From: Paraspadella gotoi
Taxonomy: Eukaryota; Animalia; Chaetognatha
NCBI GenBank assembly: GCA_051294375.1
Contig: CM119271.1
Location: 7,430,162-7,494,161 of the forward strand
Direction: 5' to 3'
DNA length: 64,000 bases
The position numbers were made by a program, and so were the translations under genes. Under the pieces are notes generated by a model. The model saw only the letters and a program-made list of their open reading frames with translations. It was not told the origin of the DNA and did no database searches. Numbering within the stretch: the first letter of the stretch is position 1; the number at the start of each line of letters is the position of its first letter. Below are positions 38,806 to 51,520 of this stretch, piece by piece.

Positions 38806-39189
38806 AACGTGCAGTTCAGATGAAAACAAGGCCTATTGTTATGATTGTTATTTATTGCTGTGCTATAAAATGCGAATGATTTAATTCAATGTCATACAAC
38901 CCTAAATTTACAACATTCGAAGTTGACATCGAAACGTTTTACATTTCGGACGCGTCGAAATAAGAAACGAAAAAAACACCTGGTATATCTTTTTGCATTT
39001 CCGACTTTTTGACCCGGCTCGACCCCGAGTTACGCCAGTCACAGCGTCACAGCGTCACACCTTCGCGAGACGGTCGACGTCGTCTCCCGCGGATTAATTG
39101 ACGAGGTTGAGTGCAACGCGAACCTGCAAAGACACGGTGGATGACGTAACGAGGGGGGCGAACGAATGAGAATCATCAAAACGAAATAA

Positions 39190-39228
<39 letters not shown>

Positions 39229-40323
39229 CCTTGATTCCAGGCGCCAGGTAATCCAAACATTCCGGCTCAAGCGGATGAGGTATCATCTGAGGAGAGACGA
39301 TGACGTCGCAAATATGGAAACGAGTTTCGGCGCGCACGCGAGATTGAAAGGTTGCACGTGTGAGAGGTTGTGAGTGCGTCCGTGCGTGTAATGGACGAAT
39401 GTGAGGCACGTATGTTTGATAGAAATAAAGCGTAGCAAAAATATTGAAATCAAGTAGAATCAAAATGCGAATAGTAGATCACGAACGGGCTTGTACCTGT
39501 GAACATTTTTAAATAAAAAAAAATTTAATTTTTATTTTTAAATATTCGCAAACGCCCATATTTATATATAGTACTCACCATAGAAAATGTCAAATATTTT
39601 TTATTTTTAAAAGCAGATTCGAATCCCCACTTTAAAGTTGATAAAAGGAAATATAATTTTTTTTAAATATTTCATGAAGTGGATCAAAATCCTAAAAAAC
39701 TATTATTATTAACCTATAATTAAATTTTAGTAAAAAAATATAGTTTTTTAAATTTTGGCTAACTTATATTTTCTTTTATCAACTTTTTATGAGGAATTCG
39801 AATCTGCTTTTAAAACTAAGAAAATATTATTTTAAAATTTTGATATTTCCTATGGAGAGTACTATGTATATGTATGTGTACTATGTATATACATTGTATA
39901 AATATGGGCGTATGCAAAAATTTTGAATTTTTTTTAAAAAATTTATTTATCAATCTTTTTAAGTCCAAGACTTTTCTTGATTAACTATTCGAATTTTGAT
40001 CTGCAACTTTCACTACGCCTTACTGTACGGCGTACAGTGTGCGCAGGTGCCATAATTAATATAGTTTTGTAATTTAAATTACAGAATACATGGTGCTAAG
40101 GTATAAAATTACTCTTATATCCTTTCGTGTCAGGTCATGCTTTCAGATCGTGGCCTCTTGCAACGCTCCTCATTTTTTGAGATTTTTTGAGATTTTTTTG
40201 TGTCACAGATCATAAATTTGGAAGCGAAAAAAAAAAAAGATTTGGAAATGGGAACAGAAAATTGGAAAACTCGAATCCGAAAAAAAACCGGAAATTGTTC
40301 CGTATTCCTTCTTCAAAATTGCC

Positions 40324-40406
<83 letters not shown>

Positions 40407-41012
40407 CTCTCTTCTTCTCTCTCTCCTCCGAATTTCTCCTTTTCACTGGCGCTTGAAGAACATTCAAAAGTCTGGCGCCGCAAATCTGTCCTCGCCGCTC
40501 GAAGCGCCGCTGGCGCTGCTCAATTCCGCCACCGCCGCCCCCGATGCCGCTCTCCGGCCGCCACTTTCAACCGGCACATTCACCATAACACCCGGTCGCC
40601 GCCGTCGCCGACAAGGACGGTTTCTCGTCTGGAGTCTCCCCTTAATCGGCTGAAAGGAATTTCGACGTCTGTGAATTCGTGTCGAAAATTAATTTTAAAT
40701 CTCTTAGAGAAAAATAACTTAAAATTCGGAAGAAATTTCTACTATTTAAAGGAGACTTTTGTTTTAGGTAAAAATCTCTACGAAATTGAATTTTCAATAC
40801 ATTTAAATATACATATTTCTAGTTTAATAATCACTATTCGGGGCGTGTCTTCGACGAACAAAATTTTAATTTTAAATCCTTGGCCAGACGCTCATTTGAA
40901 TCAGCTTGCGGGGAACGAATTTGAAATTTGGCGCCAAAAATCTTCATTCTGTTGTTCCAGACAACGAATTTTGGGCGACGCTTCGTGACGAGAGAGAGAG
41001 AGAGAGATGAAG

Positions 41013-41079
<67 letters not shown>

Positions 41080-42623
41080 AGAGATAGAAACGTGCAGTTC
41101 AAGATGAAAACAAGGCCTATGTTATGATGTTATTTATTGCTGTGCTATAAAAATCGAATGATTTAATTCAATGTCATACAACCCTAAATTTACAACATTC
41201 GAAGTTGACATCGAAACGTTTTACATTTCGGACGCGTCGAAATAAGAAACGAAAAAAAACACCTGGTATATCTTTTGCATTTCCGACTTTTTGACCCGGC
41301 TCGACCCCGAGTTACGCCAGTCACAGCGTCACAGCGTCACACTTCGCGAGACGGTCGACGTCGTCTCCCCGCGGATTAATTGACGAGGTTGAGTGCAACG
41401 CGAACCTGCAAAGACACGGTGGATGACGTAACGAGGGGGCGAAACGAATGAGAATCATTCAAAACGAAATAAATCAGAGAGAGAGAGAGAGACGAGAGAG
41501 AGAGAGAGACGAGAGAGAAGAGAGAGAGAGTGCCTTTATTCCAGGCGCCAGGTAATCCAAACATTCCGGCTCAAGCGATGAGGTATCATCTGAGGGAGAG
41601 ACGATGACGTCGCAAATATGGAAACGAGTTTCGGCGCGCCACGCGAATTGAAAGGTTGCACGTGTGAAGGAGGTTGTGAGTCGCCTTGCGTCGTGCGTGT
41701 AATGGACTGAATGTTGAGGCACGTATGTTGAAGAAATAAAAGCGTAGCAAAAAATATTGAAATCAAGTAGAAATCAAAAATGCGAATAGTAGATCACTAA
41801 CGGGCTTGTACTCGTGACATTTTTAAATAAAAAAAAATTTAATTTTTATTTTTTAAAATATTCGCAAAACGCCCATATTTAATATCAGTATCTCACCATA
41901 GAAAATGTCAATTTTTTTTATTTTTAAAAGCAGATTCGAATTCCCCACTTTAAAGTTGATATAAGGAAATATAATTTTTTTTAAATATTCATGAAGTGGA
42001 TCAAAATCCTAAAAAACTATTATTATTAACCTATAATTAAATTTTAGTATAAAAAAATATAGTTTTTTAAATTTTGGCTAACTTATATTTTCTTTTATCA
42101 ACTTTTTTATGAGGAATTTCGAATCTGCTTTTAAAAACTAAGAAAATATTATTTTAAAAAATTTTGATATTTTCCTATGGAGAGTACTATGTATATGTAT
42201 GTGTACTATGTATATACATTGTATAATATGGGCGTATGCAAAAATTTTGAATTTTTTTTTTAAAATTTATTTTATCAATCTTTTTAAGTCAAGACTTTTC
42301 TTGATTTAACTATTCGAATTTTTGATCTGCAAACTTTCACTACGCCTTACTGTACGGCGTTACAGTGTTGCGCAGCGGTGCCATAATTAATATAGTTTTG
42401 CTAATTTAAATTACAGAATACATGGTGCTAAGGTATAAAATTACTCTTTATATCCTTTCGTGTTCAGGTCATGCTTTCAGATCGTGGCCTCTTGCAACGC
42501 TCCTCATTTTTTGAGATTTTTTGAGGATTTTTTGTGTCACAGATCATAAATTTGAAAGAAAAAAAAAAAAGATTTGGAAATAGGGAACAGAAAATGGAAA
42601 AACTCGAATCCGAAAAAAAAAAA
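38092..42623 (+). repeat. ~2.2-kb tandem duplication (38092-40287 clean, 40296-42623 noisy); probable untrimmed long-read extension
   Basis: Colinear copies, second has scattered single-base insertions and runs on to the 25-N gap at 42764. Confidence 0.92.
39426..40022. mobile_element. Fold-back MITE family, copy 2 (597 bp; artefactual duplicate at 41737-42349)
   Basis: TAaagcgtag / ctacgcctTA ends; atcaaaatgcgaatagt / actattcgaattttgat; cgcccatatttata / tataaatatgggcg; aaaagcagattcgaat / attcgaatctgctttt; shares tattttcttttatcaactttt, aaaatatagtttttt and aactttcact with copy 1. Confidence 0.75.
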
Positions 42624-42643
42624 ACATCACAAGATGAGGAGTC

Positions 42644-42718
<75 letters not shown>

Positions 42719-42832
42719 TGCATAGCTTGGGGCCGCCACTTGACCCTTAGGATCAATAAACGANNNNNNNNNNNNNNNNNNNNNNNNNACATCCACAAGA
42801 TGAGGAGTTTCTCTCTCTCTCTTCCTCTCTCC

Positions 42833-42889
<57 letters not shown>

Positions 42890-44962
42890 TCTCTGCTGAT
42901 AGCTTGGGACCGCCACTTGACCCTTAGGATCAATAAACGACCTTTTGACCGGAGAAAAATGGGAACGGCCTCGCCTTCGAGACTCCTACTCCTACACCTC
43001 TCCGCCCCCGCACCCGACCACCCCTCCCAACCCGTTTTAGCGTTAACCCACCCCATCAACACTCGCCTCGTCAACCCCTCAAACAAGTCCGCTGTCCCTC
43101 ATATGACCTCTTTCCAACCACAATCATTGACCGACGCGATCCCGCAAACATCTCCCAATTTATTTCACCTTCGCAAACATCCAAACCCATTCACCTCCCG
43201 AGCAACGCCTTCGTTTGACCCCATGTCCGAGATTCATCCACCCACCACCTTTGCCCTCCTCTTTGCCCTGGATTCGGTCTCCTCCGCCAGCTTCGGATCG
43301 AGGCGCGGGGGGAGAATCGTGCTCCGAGCTCTTGACTCTGCGTAATTGAGTCGCGAGAGGGCGTCTGGTAATTGAGGACGGAATACAAGGAGGCGAGCGA
43401 GTGAGTAAAGGGGGGGGAGGAACGCTGGATCGCGGTGGAGAGAGTATGGTCGAGGAGAGAGAGGCGTCGTTGTGAGACAGTGTTGGGAATGGCGCCCAAA
43501 GACGCCGAGTTAGACTAAGACGATTGGGAGAGATCGGCGCCAAAAGACATGCGTTGTGAGAGACGGCTTTGTGTGATAGATAAAGTGTGAAAATTACTAA
43601 GCTTGGAAAGATCGGCGCAAAAGGAAGAGTAGTAAACGAATAGATGGGAAAGAAACAGACGTTCCGGAAATTTGAGCTCAAGAGTCACAATGTACTGGGA
43701 GAAATGTGAGACAAGAGTCTATGCCTCAATATAAGCTGGCGCAAAAAGAATTGGGCGTCAAGAAACAAGGGCTGAGAGCATATTGGCACGAGATGAGACT
43801 TGAGGATGGACATACGGACTTGGATTGCACGTTTATCTCGAGTCCATCGAAAATTGGGTTCCGTACATGAGCGCACGTGCCCCACTTACCCTACTCTCTA
43901 CAACATAAATTCACGATGCAATAAATGACACCGTCGTGCGTGAATTTAATGCTCTCTCTTTCTTTTGACCGGAGAAAATGGAACGGCCTCGCCTTCGAGA
44001 CTCCTACTCCTACACCTCCTCGCCCCCGCACCGACCACCCCTCCCAACCCGGTTTAGCGTTAACCCACCCCATCAACACTCGCCTCGTCAACCCCTCAAA
44101 CAAGTCCGCTGTCCCTCATATGACCCTCTTCCAACCCACAATCATTGACCGACCGCGATCCCGCAACATCTCCCAATTATTCACCTTCGCAAACATCCAA
44201 ACCCATTCACCTCCCGAGCAACGCCTTCGTTTGACCCCATGTCCGAGATCATCCACCCACCACCTTTGCCCCCTCTTTGCCCCTGGATTCGGTCTCCTCC
44301 GCCAGCTTCGGATCGAGCGCGGGGGAGAATCGTGCTCCGAGCTCTGACTGCGTAATTGAGTCGCGAGAGGGCGTCTGGTAATTGAGGACGGAGATACAAG
44401 GAGGCGAGCGAGTTGAGTCAAAGGGGGGGGAGGAACGCTGGACGCGGTGGAGAGAGATATGGTCGAGGCAGAGAGAGGCGTCGTGTGAGACAGTGTTGGG
44501 AGATGGCGCCCAAAGACGCGAGTTGAAAGACTTAAGAGTCAGGCGATTGGGAGAGATGGGCGCCAAAAGACATGCGTTGTGAGAGACGGGCTTGTGTGAT
44601 AGATAAAGTGTGAAATTACTAAGCTTGGAAAGATCGGCGCAAAAGAAGAGTAGTAAACGAATAAGGATGGGAAAGAAACAGACGTTCCGAAATTTGAGCT
44701 TCAAGAGTCACATGTACTGGGAGAAATGTGAGACAAGAGTCTATGCCTCAATATAAGCTGGCGCAAAAAGAATTGGGCGTCAAGAAACAAGGGCTGAGAG
44801 CATATTGGGCACGAGATGAGACTTGAGGATGGACATACGGACTGGATTGCACGTTTATCTCGAGTCCATCGAAAAATTGGGTCCGTACATGAGCGACACG
44901 TGCCCCACTTACCCTACTCTCTACAACATAAATTCACGATGCACCATAAATGACACCGTCGT
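42624..44962 (+). repeat. Tandem duplications 42624-42763 / 42789-42940 and ~1-kb 42943-43937 / 43963-44962; probable artefacts
   Basis: Colinear copies differing by indels, adjacent to 25-N gap. Confidence 0.85.
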
Positions 44963-45109
44963 TAATTTTACGTCGCCATTAAGGAAGTGATAATGATCAT
45001 TATTTCGAAGAAGCGTCGCTCACAAATCGAAAACCCTTTTTTTTTTTTTTAAATCTTGAAACGAAAAAAAGATTTACGATTCGTTTTCTCACGCGCAGAT
45101 TTACAGTGC

Positions 45110-45940
45110 GTCATGTCCCACGCCTACCCTTAAGCCTACAAACGAGCACATGGTCGGTCACGAAGTTTATGTGATGCAAACGGTGAAGGACGTGTACTCC
45201 TATGCTACAGTCAACCCCTATAATGGCTGAGATTATACAGGTCTGTGTTTGTTGTGATACACGTGCTCTCTCTCAAGGTCTCCGTTTGCAATAGGTTACA
45301 ATCTAAGTATCGTTGAATATTAATTGCTACTATAAGCGTTCGCGATTCACACGCACGCGATGACTGTTCTACCACGCACAGGTGATACTATGTGCGAGCG
45401 CTCTCGAGGGCGTGGTACTGCGCAGCGTTGATGTCAGCTGGTGTTCAGTACGCTCCTCGATTAGTACTAGTCTACTGTATCATTGTGCTCATATCGCATG
45501 AGGATCTCTCATTTCATTCTCCTCGTCTGCGTCTCTCCTGGCTCTCTATCACCGTCGATTCGATCGATCTTATATTCAGGTATCTCAGTCCACTGCGCAG
45601 TTTGCAGTTGCTGTTGGCGCACGGGAGTATGTACGTCCGTGAGGACCGATGGCGCATGCGTGATTTGACGTTCGTAAGGAAATACTCCCGACATACGCGT
45701 ATTCTCTCTGCATCTCTCTCTCCATAGCTTAGCGGTCCTGGTGTCGGTTCGTACGACGACGTGGAGTCTCAGAGCATCGGCGCCAGCGAGTCTTAGACTC
45801 TGCTCTGACGCGCTGCGGTTCGTAGTAGCAGTGGGACGCACGATCTGCTATACTTAGCGAGTGCGTACGGACAGTTCATAGCGGATATGTGGTTTAATTC
45901 GAGTTGTCCGCACTATACAACTCTCATCATGCTGCTCCTG
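45110..45940. other. Low-quality, probably uncorrected read sequence (similar stretch at ~720-935)
   Basis: Loses the homopolymer runs and microsatellites typical of the rest of the window and looks compositionally random; adjoins duplicated read-derived sequence. Confidence 0.5.
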
Positions 45941-46301
45941 TCTCTGTCTCATTCTCCTCAATCTCTCTCTCGCTCTCTCTCGCTCTCTCTAGATGTATTT
46001 TTATCACGCTCAAAGCTAAAATCATGCAAATTTCACGCATTTTTAAAAAAAAAGCGATTTCCCTACAAGTACAGTCCGGGGACCCGCTGGGTTTCCGTTA
46101 ACGACGAAGGAGACGAATCGACGGTTCGAGCGCCATTTTTAATCGTCGTCCTCGTCGTCGTCGTTGTCGTCGTTGTCGTCGTCGTGGTGAAAGCCGATCG
46201 AGTGAGAACAGAGAGAAGCGACGATACCAAGGTCTGACTTCTGTCAGTTATTAAATTATTGCCTTTTTTTATACCAAGTTAGAGAAACTGAAACAGATTG
46301 G

Positions 46302-46360
<59 letters not shown>

Positions 46361-46677
46361 CGTAGGCGTGGACGTTGATAGAGATATGGCCGGGGCCAAC
46401 GCCCTCTGGTTTTCGCCTCGGGCGTTCGAACCCGGACGGAGGCGATCCAATAAAGTTCATCTCGATTCACCAATCAGGATTAATTCCAACACGGACGAAT
46501 GCAAATTTAAAAAAAAAAAACTAACTCAGAAAAATTAACAATTAACCTATTAAGTTTATGAACATTTAAATAGGACTCTTGTAAAAGCGAGAATTAAAGC
46601 TCCAATCGGAACTTAAAAATCCAGCCACGACGAAATATCTTCAAGCAAAAGAATCAATCGAGAAACATGAACATTCC

Positions 46678-47335
46678 TTGGTATTAACCGTGACCGCTAC
46701 ATCACCATCCGCTCCAGTCAAGGCCAATTTCAACACCATCGCTCCTGTCAGGCTCCAACTCGGCGATCGAATTCAATCAATAAAAAAAAAGGAAAAAAAA
46801 AAACCTTTCAACGTCACCGACGCTTTGAGCGCCATCTTTTTAACCACCAACGACGCCTCCGTTATCTACCCCCATGGCGAACGAGACGCCACCGCGAAAG
46901 ACGTATCTTTGTCACTCTCCCGCTGTGGTCATAAACATCTGACCCCCTCCTATGGAGATTACTGCCCGTATTGGCACCTCTATCACCGCTGCTACCAACA
47001 CCACCGCCATCTACCCCCATTGCGACCAAAACGCAACCAAGGATGTTTCTATATCTGTCTCTCCGCCGAGGCAATAAACATCTGACCCTCTCCTGAGGAG
47101 AGACAGCCCATACTGCACCCAACCACTCTCGCTGCTGCCGCTATCACCGAAGCCCCTCGTCATCTATCCTCAGGGCAACCAAGACGCCACTGCAAAAGAT
47201 GTGTCTTTGTCACTCTCCCGCCGAGGCAATAAACATCCGACCCCCATCGCCGCCACCCCCTCCACCGCTCGCCGCGACCGGCACCACCAACCGCTGCCGG
47301 ATCTCCGCCGCCTCTGCGACTGTGGGGCCGGATAA
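46678..47335 (+). pseudogene. Decayed coding tandem repeat: three ~150-bp units encoding (V/A)[15 protein letters not shown](L/I)S(L/V)S plus Thr/Ala/Pro-rich linkers
   Basis: Units start at 46861, 47006, 47159; differences between units are mainly third-position synonymous or conservative plus one 3-bp deletion; frameshifts and stops break a single ORF. Confidence 0.5.
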
Positions 47336-47461
47336 TTGACTTTCGCGTCAATCTCGAACCCAAATGAAAATTGATGACCCTCAAGGTTACGAGAAAAGAT
47401 TTCATTTCTCCGGGGCGGGGGGGAGCGAGGGTTCGAGTCGTGGGCGAGGGGAAAAAATGGC

Positions 47462-47568
<107 letters not shown>

Positions 47569-48390
47569 GAATTGCCTGTTTTTTTTATTCTTTGCACCAG
47601 GCTTTATTCTTTTCATTCTTTTTATTCTTTTTATTCTTTTTATTCTTTTTTTTCTTCAAATGTACAGTCGACAAAACGAATGAATTAATTCGGTGGCTGA
47701 AGGATGACGAAGCCGCTCACGGTTATAAAACGCCCGCTAATAAAACCTGCGAATTGAAAGCGTTGTTGTCTACGATTTGCCATCTGTCTTTGATAGATTA
47801 AAAGAAATCATTGTGAACGGAGACTTCAGATAGTCGATTGGTTTTTCTGTCTTCTCGGCCAACGTTCACCTCTCTTCTTCAATATCCATCATCGTCGGCG
47901 ATGACGTGGATTCTGCAGAGACTCTGCAGAGATTCTCCATCTGTCCCGTAATTTGTTCCGTTCCACCTCCCGTATTGTCCGTACATCCGTATTTCCGATC
48001 CATTACCCGATCCTATAAACGGAAAAAAGAGGTTCGAGATTCCTGGAACTCTGACTTACTGGAGAAAGACTCCTGTCACTCAAATGGAGCAATCTCGATT
48101 TGGAGCAATCTCGATATCAAGAAATCAAGACTGTGACGCGGTTCCAACGGTCGATGTCCCAATCGCTATTCGTCTTCTGTGCCGATTCGTCATTGGAAAG
48201 ACGCATCTAACTCTAATTCTAAGGATATATACGTCTTTCTAATGACATTTACCTCTTTATTTTATTTTGAAATATAATAACAAAAAAGATAAAACTATTT
48301 AAACTATCTTCCTTTTGATAAGTTCGTAATTCCAGGTTTTAGCTTTAGGACACGTATTGTTATATAAGACTTCATAAATTTGAATTCATG

Positions 48391-48470
48391 CCGATTCGCT
48401 CTATCACTGATTTGCCCTGTCACCGTTTCGCCCTATCACCGATTCGCCCTATCACCGATCCGCTCTAGAA
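48391..48470 (+). repeat. 16-bp tandem repeat CCGATTCGCCCTATCA x5
   Basis: Five units with 0-3 mismatches each. Confidence 0.9.
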
Positions 48471-48587
48471 CCAATTCATCTCAAGGTCGAGAGTCACGTC
48501 GTGATTGAAGCCTCGTCTCGGAATCGGGAATCCCGGTGAGGTCACGTGACCGAAAAAGTCGAAAACCAGCGACCCAAGATTCGTCCG

Positions 48588-48692
<105 letters not shown>

Positions 48693-49640
48693 CGTCCATG
48701 CTTTGCATTTTCTTTCGCCTCAACGAACTCCATCTCCGATTCTCAACATTTCTCGTTTTCTTTTTCTCCTTCTTTCCGAGTCTCTCTCTCTCTCTCTCTC
48801 AACTCTCTCTCGCTCTCCCTTTCCATCTTTCTTTCTCCCTGTCTCTCTCTCTATCTCTCTCTCATTCCGGCATTCCCATGCCTCTCTTCTTTTTTTCCCC
48901 CCCGTCTCAGCCATCCTTTTCTCATTTAACCTCAGCCTCAGTTCTAAGGTCCTCGTTTTTCCGGCGCAGAAGGTCTAGAGTTCGAGGACGCGCCCCCCCC
49001 CCACCCACCACCGTCGCCGCTGCACCGCTTCTGCGCCGCTGCGTGGCTCTTGAGTCTCTGCAGCTGCAGTCGACTTAATCTTCACTTTTCATTCCAATTA
49101 ATTTCTTTTCTCCTTCAGGTCTACAGAGGAAAGATTAAAGACGACTCTGACTTTGTTGTATTAATAGTATTAATATAATTATGTGCATTAAGTATTAAGT
49201 ATTGAATAGTTTTTCACATTCGCCCTAAATTTATATTTAAATAAAATTAACTATTACGTACCAATTGACAACTCGACGAATTTGCTAAAAAGAAACGCCT
49301 CGCCATCCATTGTCTTTTCGTCACGCGAGGCCCGAATCGAGAGTCGAAACCGGATGTAACCGACTCAAACTGCGCGCGCACATCCCCAATTAAATGGCGT
49401 TAGAATCCGCGTGCGACTTTTTTTTTTTTCGCGCGCGAGCGATAAAGAGTTTGAGCGACGAGAAATTGTAGTGGCGAAAAAAATAATCGTAATCACCGTC
49501 GACGACGACGACGAAAACGACGACGAAAACGACGACGACGACGAGGATGACAACGAACGACGTCCCTGAAAAACTGCCCTTTTCTCGGGCGGGGCGACGA
49601 TTTCGGCTGCTAACGGCCAAAAATTACGACCTGAAAAACA

Positions 49641-49677
<37 letters not shown>

Positions 49678-51142
49678 TAGGGACTCTCTTCAGAGAGAGA
49701 CGATATCTTCATCGTTCCTCACCGTTTTTTGACTTTTAACGATACAACCTCAGAAGTCGTCTTCGTCGTCGTCGTCGTCGTCGTCGTTTCCGTCTCATAA
49801 CCGAGTGAATAGAACCGCCGTTTACCTCACTTTTAGTTAAACCTTTTTCTTTTTTTTTCTTTCTTATCTTTTTGATAACGAAACCCTTTTTTTTCCCTTT
49901 TCTTTATCCTACATCTCACTAAAATTCGGTTTCGAATAAGGTTGATGCAACCAATATACAAATCATTAATTCCCGCAATAAACTAACTATCTTGTCCCTG
50001 AATTTGGACCATAGGGTGATGTGAAAATAATAAGATTTTATGAAATTAAAATTTAACATATAGATTATAGAACAATGGACAAAGATCACTGATCAGGCAA
50101 TGGGTTATTGCCACCATTAGTCCATCTCTCTTACAAGATAATATGTGAGGCGGTGTGAATATACCGCCACTTAATCTGTATTTCCTCTTTATTCATCACC
50201 GCCCGATCTATTCATCATCTACAAACTTCTTACCTCTTTCGCTTTTTTGCCAATTTGTAACGCTCACATCTAATCTCCTTCGCTAAAGAACTGAAAAGCT
50301 CAAATGCCGAAAAATTGCCCAGACTCCCGCCCCTTCCCTCCCCACCAAATTTCCAACTCACCCTCCCCCCCCCAGGCCTCCCATCGCACACCCCCAGCTT
50401 TTTTATCCCTTTCCTGTAGATGAGGGCGATCATTATATAAATTTTTCAGCCATGAAAAAAACGAGAAAAAGAGAAGAGTGAAGAGAAGGAAGAGAGAAGA
50501 GAGAAGAGAGAAGAGAGAAGTCAAGAGAAGGCGGAAGAGAAGCGGAAAGATAGTGGGAGGAAAAACTTACAGCACGGATCGGCTGAAAAACGTTCATCCG
50601 CGATGGGCTGAAACGTTCAAAGAAAACGAGTGCTGTAGTTGTGGTCGTAAGACAACATCAAAATCAGCAAGGCATAAAACATTGACATTAAATTGTTTTA
50701 TTTTAATTATATATAAATTCGAACCGGTTCTTTAATTTTTTTTTCCCAGAGGAATCGCTTTAAACGAAGCCCACTGTTGTACACGCGTACCTCGCTTTAT
50801 CATTCATCCACCTTTTTAAATTTCCCTCTTTTCATTCGCTTCTCCCGTTTTTTNNNNNNNNNNNNNNNNNNNNNNNNNNNNNNNNNNNNNNNNNNNNNNN
50901 NNNNNNNNNNNNNNNNNNNNNNNNNNNNNNNNNNNNNNNNNNNNNNNNNNNNNNNNNNNNNNNNNNNNNNNNNNNNNNNNNNNNNNNNNNNNNNNNNNNN
51001 NNNNNNNNNNNNNNNNNNNNNNNNNNNNNNNNNNNNNNNNNNNNNNNNNNNNNNNNNNNNNNNNNNNNNNNNNNNNNNNNNNNNNNNNNNNNNNNNNNNN
51101 NNNNNNNNNNNNNNNNNNNNNNNNNNNNNNNNNNNNNNNNNN

Positions 51143-51520
51143 TAAAAAACGAATTATATTTGTTATCTTTAATGCCATCTGCTTTGTCTTTCTGTAATAA
51201 GTTTTAGAAAAGGAATTGTATTTGTTATCTTTGATGCCATCTGCTTTGTCTTTTTGCAATAAGTTTTAAAAAACGAATTGTATTCATTATCTTTGATGAC
51301 ATCTACTTGGTCTTTCTGTAATAAGTTTTAGAAAAGGAATCAAATTTGTTATCTTTGATGCCATCTGCTTGGTCTTTCTGTAATAAGTTTTAGAAAAGAA
51401 ATCGTATTTGTTATCTTTGATGCCATCTGCTTGGTCTTTCTGTATTAAGTTTTAGAAAAGGAATCGTATTTGTTATATTTGATGCCATCTGCTTGGTCTT
51501 TCTACAATAAGTTTTTTTTT
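51143..51520 (+). repeat. 62-bp minisatellite (ATAAGTTTTAGAAAAGGAATCGTATTTGTTATCTTTGATGCCATCTGCTTGGTCTTTCTGTA), 6 units here; noisy copies 52360-52860 and 57700-58425
   Basis: Head-to-tail units with 62-bp period, no spacers. Confidence 0.97.

Noticed and set aside
45392-45841. ORFs in the compositionally distinct 45.1-45.9 kb block as foreign or horizontally acquired genes
   Set aside because: No protein-like features; the block looks like low-quality read sequence.
49100-49250. Splice-acceptor-like ttttctccttcag followed by AATAAA as a terminal exon
   Set aside because: No upstream exon identifiable; such signals arise by chance in pyrimidine- and AT-rich DNA.
51143-51520. Regular 62-bp repeats as a CRISPR array or coding repeat
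   Set aside because: Head-to-tail with no unique spacers, unit not a multiple of 3, eukaryotic context, no cas genes.
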